DNA from: a candidate division Zixibacteria bacterium RBG_16_53_22
Lineage (GTDB): Bacteria; Zixibacteria; MSB-5A5; UBA10806
Assembly (NCBI GenBank): GCA_001775395.1
Contig: MEWP01000160.1
Coordinates: 266 to 64,265 of the forward strand
Direction: 5' to 3'
Length of the DNA stretch: 64,000 bases
Shown: positions 39,820 through 49,378 of the stretch, piece after piece
Position numbering within the stretch: position 1 is the stretch's first letter
Layout of the letters: the number at the start of each line of letters is the position of its first letter
Notes under the pieces: generated by a model
The model's input: the letters and a program-made list of their open reading frames with translations, nothing else
Database searches by the model: none
What the model was told of the DNA's origin: nothing
Made by a program: the position numbers and the translations under genes

Positions 39820-40251
39820 TTACTCGGGGCTAACCCCATAGTCGCCGCCATCCTTGACATGAATCATCTGGGAGCCGTTTACAATCAGGTCGACAGTGTT
39901 TTGAAATAGCGGATGGCTGGGGTCTTCCGGATCGGGCGCGGCGGCTCTGAAATGGACTTGCACTCTATCGCCGCCGGCGAATATCTGGCTATCGTTGTTG
40001 TCAAGGGCGTTGCGGAGATAAACGCTGTAACCGGGGAACAGTGTCGATCCCAAATGAACGGTTATCTCCAGATCGCCACGGCTATGAATGTACTGAGTCA
40101 GCACTATCGGCACATTGCTGCCGTTGGAAATGGCTACCCTGCCGCTCAGACGCTGATAAGGCCGGGATGGCGAGGATTTATCATTGTCGGAACATGCCCC
40201 CAGGCCGGCCAGAAAAAGGCAGGCAAGCATTATCGAAAATCTCGTTTTCAT
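39820..40251 (-). CDS. Predicted lipoprotein (hypothetical)
   Basis: 143 aa; signal peptide plus lipobox LGAC. Confidence 0.45.
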   Translation of the reverse strand: MKTRFSIMLACLFLAGLGACSDNDKSSPSRPYQRLSGRVAISNGSNVPIVLTQYIHSRGDLEITVHLGSTLFPGYSVYLRNALDNNDSQIFAGGDRVQVHFRAAAPDPEDPSHPLFQNTVDLIVNGSQMIHVKDGGDYGVSPE

Positions 40252-40362
40252 CTATATTATTTTAAGATAATTCCCCAAAAATGTCAAGTATCAACCCTGA
40301 ATTCTATTCCAATAAATCCTGCCTGCTCCGTTCCGGAATGCCCCATAACAGTCAGGTGTTTC

Positions 40363-42033
40363 TCATATTAGCGGGGGTTCGGTATATGTGCCATATACCT
40401 CAGTCAAGACGGAAGTTATCTCTTCCTCGGTGGTGTAGCAGCGAATACAATCCAGAAGCGGCGGCATGTGGTTCTCGCCGGCCTGGGCCGCCTTTTTCAG
40501 CGCCGCCAATGTTGACTTAACCCGGTCATTGTCGCGGCCCTGCTTGACCTTTTTCAACGATGCGATCTGGTCACTTTCCACCTGTGCATCGATCTTAAGA
40601 AGCGGAATCTTCACGTCCTCATCTTCTTCGACAAAATCGTTGACCCCGACGATTATCCTCTCCTTCTTCTCTATCTCCTTTTGGAATCGATAGGCGGCAT
40701 CGGCAACCTCACGCTGCAAATATCCCTGCTCGATACACTTGAGCACCCCCCCTCGTTTCGCGATTTCGTCGAAATACCGCTCGGCCTCGGCCTCGAGCTC
40801 ATTGGTCAGAGTCTCCACGAAGTAGGAACCGGCCAGGGGGTCGATAGTATTGGCGACACCGGTCTCACAGGCGATCAATTGCTGGGTGCGTAGCGCCAGC
40901 TTGACGGCGTGCTCTGTCGGAAGAGCGTAGGTTTCATCCATGGAATTGGTATGCAGGGATTGTGTCCCGCCCAGCACTCCGGCCAGGCCCTGGAATGCCG
41001 TACGGACAATATTATTTTCGGGTTGTTGAGCTGTCAGTGAGCAGCCTGCTGTCTGCGTGTGAAACCTCATCAACCATGAGTGAGGATCCTTGGCTTTGTA
41101 TTTCTCACGCATGTGACGGGCCCAGATGCGCCGCGCCGCGCGATACTTGGCAATCTCCTCGAAAAAATCAAGGTGTGAGTTGAAGAAGAAAGACAGCCGT
41201 GGCGCAAATGTGTCGACATCCATGCCCACAGCCAGGGCGGCCTCGACATACGTGAATCCGTCGGCCAGCGTGAAGGCCAGCTCCTGGGCGGCGGTGGCTC
41301 CCGCCTCTCGGATATGATATCCCGATATCGATATGGTATTCCACTTGGGCACGTGTTGGGCGCAGAAAGCCATCATATCGGTGATGAGCCTGATCGATGG
41401 TTCCGGCGGGTAAATCCATTCTTTCTGGGCGATATATTCCTTGAGAATATCGTTTTGTAACGTGCCGGTTAACATCTCCGATGGTACGCCCTGTTTTTCG
41501 GCGACAGCGATATACATCGCCAGCAGGATAGTGGAGGTGCAGTTTATCGTCATCGAAGTTGATATCTTGCCCAGATCGATACCGTCGAAGATGATTTCCA
41601 TATCCTTCAAAGTGTCCACGGCGACACCGCAGACTCCGACCTCGCCAACCGACCGCACGGAATCGGAATCGTATCCCATAAGGGTTGGCAAATCAAATGC
41701 CACCGAGAGGCCCATCTGGCCGCGCTTGAGGAGGAAATGATAACGCTCGTTGGTCTGGGCGGGGCTTCCGAAGCCGGAGAATTGACGCATGGTCCAGCTC
41801 TTCTTGCGATACATCGAGGCATGCACCCCCCGCGTATAGGGGTATTGGCCGGGATACCCTATGTCGCGGTCGAAATCAATGTTTTCAGCGTCTTTTGGAG
41901 TATAGAGAGGTTTGATAGGCTTGGATGACACGGTCATGAATTTCCGGCCTTTATCCGGCTTTGATTCGTCATATTCTTCCAGCCACCTGGCGTAGGCGTC
42001 GTCGGTCTCTTTTTTCCTCGATGTCTTATCCAT
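40363..42033 (-). CDS. Methylmalonyl-CoA mutase large subunit (catalytic TIM-barrel domain only)
   Basis: Start ATG 42033 preceded by GGAGGAG Shine-Dalgarno; conserved MCM N-terminus (YPGQYPYTRGVHASMYRKKSWTMRQFSGFG). Confidence 0.9.
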   Translation of the reverse strand: MDKTSRKKETDDAYARWLEEYDESKPDKGRKFMTVSSKPIKPLYTPKDAENIDFDRDIGYPGQYPYTRGVHASMYRKKSWTMRQFSGFGSPAQTNERYHFLLKRGQMGLSVAFDLPTLMGYDSDSVRSVGEVGVCGVAVDTLKDMEIIFDGIDLGKISTSMTINCTSTILLAMYIAVAEKQGVPSEMLTGTLQNDILKEYIAQKEWIYPPEPSIRLITDMMAFCAQHVPKWNTISISGYHIREAGATAAQELAFTLADGFTYVEAALAVGMDVDTFAPRLSFFFNSHLDFFEEIAKYRAARRIWARHMREKYKAKDPHSWLMRFHTQTAGCSLTAQQPENNIVRTAFQGLAGVLGGTQSLHTNSMDETYALPTEHAVKLALRTQQLIACETGVANTIDPLAGSYFVETLTNELEAEAERYFDEIAKRGGVLKCIEQGYLQREVADAAYRFQKEIEKKERIIVGVNDFVEEDEDVKIPLLKIDAQVESDQIASLKKVKQGRDNDRVKSTLAALKKAAQAGENHMPPLLDCIRCYTTEEEITSVLTEVYGTYTEPPLI

Positions 42034-42047
42034 CTTTCTCCTCCATG

Positions 42048-43010
42048 TCAATCCGGCAATTGCCGAATCTGGCCGGCCTTCAAATCATCTATCAATTTCT
42101 GGGCCAGGTCGTAGGGATTGCCCTGCCCGGCGAATATTCTCTCCACCTGACGCTCCAGAATATTGTGCGGAAGTATCTCATTTATCAAGCGGATTCTAAA
42201 CCGGTGCTCGATTGTCTTCAATATATCATAACGGATCATCTTTTTGCGATGTTTCAGAAAATTATCACCGGTTTTCATGTGCTCGTATTCCTGGTCAATC
42301 TTCGACAAAAGTTCGTCCAGGCCGATATTGTTGACGGCCTGAGTCAGCACGACCGGAAGCTGGCGCTTGCATTTCTCACGCTTTACGTCGAGAATCATGT
42401 TCAGTTCCGAGGCTACGCGCTGAGCTCCGTCGCGGTCTGCCTTGTTGACCGCGAAAATATCGGCGATTTCCATAAGGCCGGCCTTCATGGCCTGGATCGA
42501 ATCGCCCGACTCAGGCATGAGAATGACAACGGTCGTATCGCAAGCCTCGGCAACGTCAAGCTCCACCTGCCCAACACCGACCGTCTCGACCAAAATGATG
42601 TCTTTGCCAAAGGCGTCCAGGGCCCGTATGACCTCGGTGGTTGCCAGCGCCAGCCCCCCGGTAGAGCCTCTGGTCGCCATGCTGCGAATGAAAATGTCCC
42701 TGTGGACCGCCAGATCCTGCATCCTGATTCGGTCGCCGAGAAGCGCGCCGCCGGTGAAAGGTGACGAGGGATCGACCGCGATTACGCCAACCTTGCGGCC
42801 TCGGTTGAGGTATAGATAACACAGCTTATCGACAACGGTCGATTTGCCGGCTCCCGGAGGCCCGGTTATACCTATTATATGGGCCCCGCCGGTCCTGGGA
42901 TAGAGGGCGGCGAGGATCTTGTCTGTTTCAGGCCCGCGGTTTTCGATATGCGAGATAATTCTCGCCAGCGCGCCAGTGTCGCCGGTATAGAATTTTTCGA
43001 TTAACGACAT
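42048..43010 (-). CDS. meaB: Methylmalonyl-CoA-mutase-associated GTPase MeaB (ArgK)
   Basis: 320 aa; GITGPPGAGKST P-loop, MeaB/ArgK family layout. Confidence 0.9.
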   Translation of the reverse strand: MSLIEKFYTGDTGALARIISHIENRGPETDKILAALYPRTGGAHIIGITGPPGAGKSTVVDKLCYLYLNRGRKVGVIAVDPSSPFTGGALLGDRIRMQDLAVHRDIFIRSMATRGSTGGLALATTEVIRALDAFGKDIILVETVGVGQVELDVAEACDTTVVILMPESGDSIQAMKAGLMEIADIFAVNKADRDGAQRVASELNMILDVKREKCKRQLPVVLTQAVNNIGLDELLSKIDQEYEHMKTGDNFLKHRKKMIRYDILKTIEHRFRIRLINEILPHNILERQVERIFAGQGNPYDLAQKLIDDLKAGQIRQLPD

Positions 43011-43158
43011 CTTCCAACACCAAACGCTTTGCTATTTTGAAAAAATGTAAGAAAAATAACCTAAAATTACAGGAAACCATAAACCATCCTGACTGAACCC
43101 GTGACACTTCACAACATGCTCATGGCATTAGCCAGGCAACCGCCCGATAGATTCGATA

Positions 43159-43187
43159 ATTATACCATAATCAAACCCGGATTTCAA
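43159..43187 (-). promoter_or_regulatory. sigma70 promoter with extended -10 (TTGAAA-17nt-TGgTATAAT) for the meaB-mutase operon
   Basis: Minus-strand TTGAAA (43182-43187), 17-nt spacer, TATAAT (43159-43164) preceded by TGG; about 145 nt upstream of meaB start. Confidence 0.5.
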
Positions 43188-43369
43188 GGGCGAGCACATC
43201 AACACTTGAATAAATGTCTTTATCGCAATGCAACACCTGATTCATATTAAGTCAATGATGAAGGTCAATAAATCTACAGTTGTTGTTTTTTGCAAAAAGC
43301 ATTTGACAGTGTTCATAATTAGTAATAATTTCTATTAAGCGACACAATTATTTTCCACAAGGAAAGCCT

Positions 43370-45490
43370 ATGGAGCTACGGGGGATGAGTAGTTTTCGGC
43401 TGCGGATAATAAGCTGGCGTCTTAGTTTTGTCGGCACGTTGTTCCCCTTGTTTGACTCGACCGCCCAGAATATCGATTATGCCGGATCATGCCTTTGGAC
43501 CGGAGCGGTTGATATATCCACAGACGGAATCCATGCATATTGCGCATTTCAAAATGGGCTGGTCATATTGGATATTAATAACCCATCGGCGCCCACCATA
43601 GTCAGTCAAACATACTGCCCTGGAGAGGGTACCGGGCTATGTGCCGGGGGTGATTTTGTCTATTTGTGCACTCATGACGATGGTCTGCAGATAATAGATA
43701 TTTCCAATCCCCAGATACCTCAGGTGGTCGGATCCGTGACAGTTCCCGGTTTTGCCCGCGATGTATATGAACTCAATTCCTACGCCTGTGTCGCGGGAGA
43801 TTATTCCGGATTGCATATTATCGATATCGCCGATCCTCAAAACGCGACTTTGCTTTCCACTTTTAATACCACAGGCCTGGCTCTCGATGTATTTGTGGGG
43901 GATACGTTGGCATTTATTGCCGATTGGGAAGCTGGTCTGCAAATTGTGAGCATGGCTGATCCGCTTAATCCGTATTTTGTCGGCGGTCTTGCTCTAACCG
44001 GCTATGCATACGGCATTTTCATTTCGGGTTCGTATGCATATTTGGCAGCTTTTTCCTCGGGGCTTCATATTGTGAATATTGAAAATCCCGCAATGCCCGC
44101 ACTAATAGGGTCCTGCGATACTCCAGGCCAGGCCATTGGAATTACCGTGGCGGACAATTTCGCCTTTATAGCAGATTCGTATGCGGGAATACAGGTAATT
44201 GATATCAGTGATCGCCAGCACCCGGGCCTGGCGGGAATAATTGGCACGTCGGGCAGGGCAATGAAATTGGCATTGTCAGGGGCCCATCTCTATGCAGCGG
44301 ATTACACTTCGGGTATCGAAATTATAGATATTGCGATGCCCACTTTCCCGATAGTGATTGGTAATTATCCCGCTCCGGATTATACTGTCGACATTCATGT
44401 CGAAGGAGGTCTTGCGTACACCGCCAATTCCTCCGACGGATTAACTATCGTGGATATTTCAAACCCGGTGGCGCCGATTGTCACCGGTTCGCTGGCTTTG
44501 CCCGATTCTGCGTTCAGCGTTGCCAAGAGCGGCGAAGTTGCGTTGGTAGCAAATGGCTTAGCCGGATTGAGCATAGTTGATGTTTCTCAACCTTCGCAGC
44601 CTCAACTAATTGCATTCTTTGACACACCTGGTTCGGCCTGCGCAATCGCAATAAGAGGAGGCTACGCTTTTATAGCAGATTCGGACTCGGGGTTAATTGT
44701 TATCGACATATCATTTCCGTCAGAGCCGATGCCGGTTGCCAGATTGGGGACTCCGGGTAAAGTCCAATCGATATTCATTGATAGCCTGTTCGCTTTCGTG
44801 ACCGAATCAAATCTCGGCTTGTTGATTATCGACATATCTAATCCGTCGGCCCCTCAACTTCTGGGCGCCTACAACGCACCCGGGAATGCCCGGGCGGCAT
44901 ATGCGAATCGCGATTATGCTTATATCGCCAATACCTATTCAGTCGAAATTGTCAATATCGTCGATAAAGCGCACCCGTCCTTCGCCGGGCGTTATGATTC
45001 CATTCGGAATGCCATGGATATCTCTGTAAATGGCAATTTTGCCTATGTTTGTGACGGATACGACGGGGTCAAGATGATAAATGTCGCCAACCCGTCGAAC
45101 CCATACCATGAGGCTTCTTTCAACACGCCCGGGTACTCGCAGGGTATCTTTGTAGTTGACGAGTACCTGTATGTGGCCGATCAATCATCGCTCATTATTC
45201 TAAGATCGTCAATTGAGGGGCCCGGGGAATGTTCGTATATACCCGGGGACGCCAATGCAAACGGGCAGGTTAATGGGCTTGATGTGGTTTACATGGTCAG
45301 TTATTTGAAAGGCGGGCCAAATTCACCGCCAAATCTCTGCGATTGCCCACCGCATGGGACAGTATTCGTGGCTGCTGATGCTAATGGAAATTGCGCCTTC
45401 AATGGAATAGACGTAGTGTATTTGGTAAGCTACCTGAAAGGTATCCAATCCCCACCCAGAGGATGCGCCGACTGCCAACCGAACAGGTAG
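43370..45490 (+). CDS. Secreted LVIVD-repeat beta-propeller protein with C-terminal dockerin-like tandem Ca-binding repeats
   Basis: 706 aa; about 13 tandem units of about 40 aa of the form G[LI]x[IV][IV]DISNPxxPxxxG; C-terminus DANANGQVNGLDVVYMVSYLKG / DANGNCAFNGIDVVYLVSYLKG; hydrophobic N-terminus. Confidence 0.7.
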   Translation: MELRGMSSFRLRIISWRLSFVGTLFPLFDSTAQNIDYAGSCLWTGAVDISTDGIHAYCAFQNGLVILDINNPSAPTIVSQTYCPGEGTGLCAGGDFVYLCTHDDGLQIIDISNPQIPQVVGSVTVPGFARDVYELNSYACVAGDYSGLHIIDIADPQNATLLSTFNTTGLALDVFVGDTLAFIADWEAGLQIVSMADPLNPYFVGGLALTGYAYGIFISGSYAYLAAFSSGLHIVNIENPAMPALIGSCDTPGQAIGITVADNFAFIADSYAGIQVIDISDRQHPGLAGIIGTSGRAMKLALSGAHLYAADYTSGIEIIDIAMPTFPIVIGNYPAPDYTVDIHVEGGLAYTANSSDGLTIVDISNPVAPIVTGSLALPDSAFSVAKSGEVALVANGLAGLSIVDVSQPSQPQLIAFFDTPGSACAIAIRGGYAFIADSDSGLIVIDISFPSEPMPVARLGTPGKVQSIFIDSLFAFVTESNLGLLIIDISNPSAPQLLGAYNAPGNARAAYANRDYAYIANTYSVEIVNIVDKAHPSFAGRYDSIRNAMDISVNGNFAYVCDGYDGVKMINVANPSNPYHEASFNTPGYSQGIFVVDEYLYVADQSSLIILRSSIEGPGECSYIPGDANANGQVNGLDVVYMVSYLKGGPNSPPNLCDCPPHGTVFVAADANGNCAFNGIDVVYLVSYLKGIQSPPRGCADCQPNR

Positions 45491-45668
45491 GTACTCTCAT
45501 ACTGATAGTGACCCGTTATTGAAAATGCGCTTGAGGTTATGATCGGTTTTCACTGGCATGGAAGATGACCTATGATAATTGTATTGTATTCGCGATGATC
45601 AATGGTTATTAATGGCTTCGGGCGATTAATTCACTGATTGAAAAGTTTCAAGTTGCGAAAGCGAAAAG

Positions 45669-46667
45669 TTGATTGATATCAGACAAAGACTCGGATTCTC
45701 ATCCGTGAGGTGGGCCGACGATACACTGATAGCCCTCAATCAGCGGGCTTTACCGTTAAAAGAGGAATATCTTTCCCTGAAATCGGTCGATGAAGTTGTC
45801 GAAGCCATCGGAGTCCTCACGGTTCGGGGAGCCCCGCTAATAGGCATTGCCGCGGCCTACGGGCTGTGCCTGACCACAAATCTCGGCGATGATGCGCTTT
45901 TCGCTGATTCGTGTCGGAGATTCATCGATATTCGCCCCACGGCGGTGAATCTGCGCTGGGCCGTGGAGCGAATGGCCGGCTTCCGTACTCGGAATTTGAG
46001 ATGTGACAATCTTCGCGAGTTAATGATTGAAGAGGCCCGGCGCACACATGCCGAGGATGCCGAGATGTGCGTCCGGATTGGGGAATCAGGGAATTCCATA
46101 GTCCCGGAGCATTGCCGCATTCTCACCCACTGCAACGCCGGAGCGCTGGCGACAGGCGGCATCGGGACGGCGCTGGGGATCATCTACACGGCGCATTTTT
46201 CGGGCAAGCGGGTCGAGGTCTGGGTCGACGAGACACGCCCGGTGCTTCAGGGGGCGCGCCTGACCGCCTGGGAGCTATCGAAAGCCGGTGTGCCATACAA
46301 ATTGATATCTGATAGCATGGTCGGCCATCTCATGGCCCAAGGCAGAATCGACCTTGTCATCACCGGCGCTGACCGTGTGGCCGCCAATCTCGATTATGCC
46401 AATAAGATCGGGACCTATTCACTGGCGGTCCTGGCAAAATATCACGGAATTCCATTCTACGCCGCGGCGCCATCCTCGACTTTCGACCCGGCCTGCCCCA
46501 ATGGCAAATCGATCGTGATCGAGCAACGCCCTGAAAATGAAATCCGATATGTGGGGCAAAGTCAGGTTGCGCCATCGGATGCGCCGGTCTACAATCCGGC
46601 CTTTGATGTTACGCCCCATGAATTGGTGACGGGGATTATCACGGAAAAGGGAATCCTGAGACCCTGA
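45669..46667 (+). CDS. mtnA: S-methyl-5-thioribose-1-phosphate isomerase (eIF-2B alpha/beta/delta family), TTG start
   Basis: 332 aa; VRGAPLIGIAAAYGL ... TGADRVAANLDYANKIGTY family motifs. Confidence 0.8.
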   Translation: MIDIRQRLGFSSVRWADDTLIALNQRALPLKEEYLSLKSVDEVVEAIGVLTVRGAPLIGIAAAYGLCLTTNLGDDALFADSCRRFIDIRPTAVNLRWAVERMAGFRTRNLRCDNLRELMIEEARRTHAEDAEMCVRIGESGNSIVPEHCRILTHCNAGALATGGIGTALGIIYTAHFSGKRVEVWVDETRPVLQGARLTAWELSKAGVPYKLISDSMVGHLMAQGRIDLVITGADRVAANLDYANKIGTYSLAVLAKYHGIPFYAAAPSSTFDPACPNGKSIVIEQRPENEIRYVGQSQVAPSDAPVYNPAFDVTPHELVTGIITEKGILRP

Positions 46668-46744
46668 TTGACATTGATTTGCTTTTGGGTCGCCCATTTG
46701 ATCCCATCGGTCTGCCCAACCGTTTTCGCGATAGGCAATCGGGC

Positions 46745-46775
46745 GCATGCTTTAGTTTGAAGCATCATTTTTTCG
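46745..46775 (+). terminator. Possible rho-independent terminator after mtnA
   Basis: Short hairpin ATGCTT-tagtttg-AAGCAT followed by CATTTTTTCG. Confidence 0.4.
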
Positions 46776-47052
46776 CGGTCAGGGTAAGCTTATAAAGCGT
46801 GCCGCGCCGTCATGCGAATATGCTGGATCAGGGGGACTTCACTTGAGTGCCTTGATTCCCTATGTTTGCAGGCCGGCGGAACCGCTCGGCGGCCCTCAAA
46901 GGGCAGTTAAGGCAATAATATCTTTTCGGTTAACTGGGGGAAAGGCGATTATTTTTGCTTGACATTGGCATTTTGGAATATAAATTGTTTGTTTCGTAGT
47001 TTTTAGCGTTTCTCTAATATTTGGAGCCGAAGTCGTAAAAGGACCGACTAAA

Positions 47053-47487
47053 ATGGAAACAAAGACATTCGTGCCTAAGCAAGACAGGCAACAACAAAAA
47101 TGGTATTTGATAAATGCCGAGGGCAAGGTGTTGGGCCGTTTGGCCACCAAAGTAGCCACCCTGCTTCGAGGCAAAGATAGTCCGCTGTTCACGCCGCATC
47201 TGGATATGGGGGCATATGTCGTGGTTATCAATGCCGAAAAGGTGCAATTGACCGGCAGAAAGCTCGCCAACAAGATTTACAGGTGGCATTCGGGTTACCC
47301 CGGCGGCCTCAAGACCGTGCCGGTCTCGAGATATTTTGCCAATCGTCCGGAACGGGTTCTCCAATGGGCTATCAAGGGGATGCTTCCGCATAACCGTCTG
47401 GGGCGCCGTCTCAACCAGAAGCTGTTCATTTACAGCGGCGGAGCTCATCCGCATGCCGCCCAAAAACCGACAAAAATAGAAATCTAA
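47053..47487 (+). CDS. rplM: 50S ribosomal protein L13
   Basis: QQQKWYLINAEGKVLGRLATKVATLLRGK. Confidence 0.95.
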   Translation: METKTFVPKQDRQQQKWYLINAEGKVLGRLATKVATLLRGKDSPLFTPHLDMGAYVVVINAEKVQLTGRKLANKIYRWHSGYPGGLKTVPVSRYFANRPERVLQWAIKGMLPHNRLGRRLNQKLFIYSGGAHPHAAQKPTKIEI

Positions 47488-47506
47488 TATCGTAAGTGGA
47501 GGAATT

Positions 47507-47899
47507 TTGCCAGAGGAAGTATACGCGGCGACCGGCCGGCGAAAAGAAGCGGTCGCTCAGGTAAGAGTCAAGAAAGGAAGCGGCAAGATAGTGATTAACG
47601 GCAAGGACGTTAACGCCTATCTGTGTCGTCCCAATATCGTCCTGGCGGCGCTTAAGCCGATCGATGTCGCCGAGTTCAACGGCAAGCTCGATGTCATATG
47701 CGTGGCGCGAGGAGGCGGCCTTTCCGGGCAGGCAGGCGCGATGAGCCTGGCGCTGGCGCGGGCGCTGATTATCATGGATCCCGAGTTGAGAACGCTGTTG
47801 AAGCGCAACGGGCTCCTGACCCGCGATTCCAGGATGGTCGAGCGCAAGAAATACGGCCTGGTCAAAGCCAGGAAGAGATACCAATTCTCTAAGAGATAA
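47507..47899 (+). CDS. rpsI: 30S ribosomal protein S9 (TTG start, GTGGAGGA RBS)
   Basis: ATGRRKEAVAQVRVKKGSGKIVINGK...RKKYGLVKARKRYQFSKR. Confidence 0.95.
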   Translation: MPEEVYAATGRRKEAVAQVRVKKGSGKIVINGKDVNAYLCRPNIVLAALKPIDVAEFNGKLDVICVARGGGLSGQAGAMSLALARALIIMDPELRTLLKRNGLLTRDSRMVERKKYGLVKARKRYQFSKR

Positions 47900-48029
47900 T
47901 ACAACCAACGACACACACCGGTTGTCCGCCGTTTGGCCGGATGCCGTTCGAGGTCTCCTGTCAGGCAGAATTATCGTGGCCCGACTGGAGTCGGACGGGT
48001 GTAAAGACCGGTGGAGGAGAAACCAAAAA

Positions 48030-48779
48030 ATGTCAGAAGTAACTGTCAAGGACCTCCTTGAATCCGGGGTTCATTTCGGCCATCAGACCAGGCGCTGGAA
48101 CCCCAAGATGAAGCGATTTATTTTCACCGCCAAGAACGGCATCTATATTATCGATCTGAACAAGACCCTGATGTCGCTGAATCGGGCCTGTCAGAAAGTA
48201 GCCGAAGTCATCGATTCCGGCGGCAGCATCCTGTTTGTCGGCACCAAGAAGCAGGCCAAGGATGTGATAAAAACCAACGCCCTGAAGGCCGGCCAATTCT
48301 ACATCACTGAGCGCTGGCTGGGCGGGATGTTGACCAATTTCGTAACCATCAAGAAGAATATCAAGCGGCTCAAGGAAATCGAGCGGATGCGCGAGGATGG
48401 CTCATTCGGTAAGATGACCAAGAAGGAGGCCAAGAAACTCGAGATAGAAGCCGCCCGCATGGAAAAATACCTGGTTGGTATCAGGGAGATGTATAGCCTG
48501 CCGTCGCTCCTTTTCGTGATCGATACGAAAAAAGAGAGGATAGCGGTCGCCGAGGCCAACAAGCTGAAAATTCCCGTAATAGGGATACTGGATACGAACT
48601 CCGATCCCGATCCGATCGATTACCCGATCGCGGCCAATGATGACGCGATAAAATCGATATCTATAATAACCAAGGCCATATGCGATACCGCGGTTCAGGC
48701 GCAGGCCAAAGTCCGTGTCGAGGAGATGGAGGAAGCGGGCGCCGATCAATCGGCGGAGCATTCCGCTGGAGAGGTTTAG
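48030..48779 (+). CDS. rpsB: 30S ribosomal protein S2
   Basis: ATG 48030 after GGAGGAGA RBS: MSEVTVKDLLESGVHFGHQTRRWNPKM (ORF track start 47922 is upstream extension). Confidence 0.95.
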   Translation: MSEVTVKDLLESGVHFGHQTRRWNPKMKRFIFTAKNGIYIIDLNKTLMSLNRACQKVAEVIDSGGSILFVGTKKQAKDVIKTNALKAGQFYITERWLGGMLTNFVTIKKNIKRLKEIERMREDGSFGKMTKKEAKKLEIEAARMEKYLVGIREMYSLPSLLFVIDTKKERIAVAEANKLKIPVIGILDTNSDPDPIDYPIAANDDAIKSISIITKAICDTAVQAQAKVRVEEMEEAGADQSAEHSAGEV

Positions 48780-48784
48780 CATCG

Positions 48785-49378
48785 ATGGGAATTTCGGCAC
48801 AGACAGTCAAGGAATTGAGAGAAATGACCGGCGCCGGCATGATGGACTGCAAGAAAGCGCTGGAGCAGGCCGGCGGCGACGTGCAGAAGGCGATCTCCGT
48901 CTTGCGCGAGCAGGGGCTGGCTAAAGCTGCCAAGAAAGCTGAACGCACCGCCAGCGAAGGCCTGATATACGCCTATATCCATCCCGGCGACAAGCTGGGG
49001 GTATTGCTCGAGATTAATTGCGAGACCGATTTCGTGGCCCGCACCGACGATTTCAAGCTGCTGACCAAGGACATTGCCATGCAGATCGCGGCCGCTAACC
49101 CTCTTGTTGTGGATAGGGACCAGGTCGACAGGGCGCTGGTCGAAAAGGAAAGGGAAATTTACAAAACTCAGGCTCTCAACGAGGGCAAGCCGGAGAAGTT
49201 CCTCGATAAGATAGTCGACGGCAGGCTGGAGAAGTACCTTCAGGAGGTCGTCTTGCTCGAGCAACCTTTCATCAAGGACCAGGATATCACCGTGAAGGAT
49301 CTTCTGACGGCGGCCATTTCCAAGCTCGGGGAAAATATCGTAATTAAGAGGTTCACCCGGTACAGACTGGGGGAATAA
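48785..49378 (+). CDS. tsf: Elongation factor Ts
   Basis: MGISAQTVKELREMTGAGMMDCKKALEQAGGDVQKAI UBA-like N-terminus. Confidence 0.9.
   Translation: MGISAQTVKELREMTGAGMMDCKKALEQAGGDVQKAISVLREQGLAKAAKKAERTASEGLIYAYIHPGDKLGVLLEINCETDFVARTDDFKLLTKDIAMQIAAANPLVVDRDQVDRALVEKEREIYKTQALNEGKPEKFLDKIVDGRLEKYLQEVVLLEQPFIKDQDITVKDLLTAAISKLGENIVIKRFTRYRLGE

Noticed and set aside
43011-43158. Looked for a cobalamin riboswitch in the 5' UTR of the meaB / B12-dependent mutase operon
   Set aside because: Reverse complement lacks B12-box; only a strong sigma70 promoter is evident.
46865-46890. GGCCGGCGGAACCGCTCGGCGGCC segment upstream of rplM resembling the right arm of the repeat elements
   Set aside because: No matching left arm within 200 nt and only partial similarity; possibly a degenerate remnant but not supportable.
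46959-46986. TTGACA followed by TATAAA upstream of rplM as a promoter
   Set aside because: Spacer is only about 14 nt for the best -10 candidate; spacing is wrong for a confident call.
47900-48029. Possible structured S2 (rpsB) leader or attenuator between rpsI and rpsB
   Set aside because: Only weak 5-bp stems found; cannot support an autoregulatory element without a comparative alignment.
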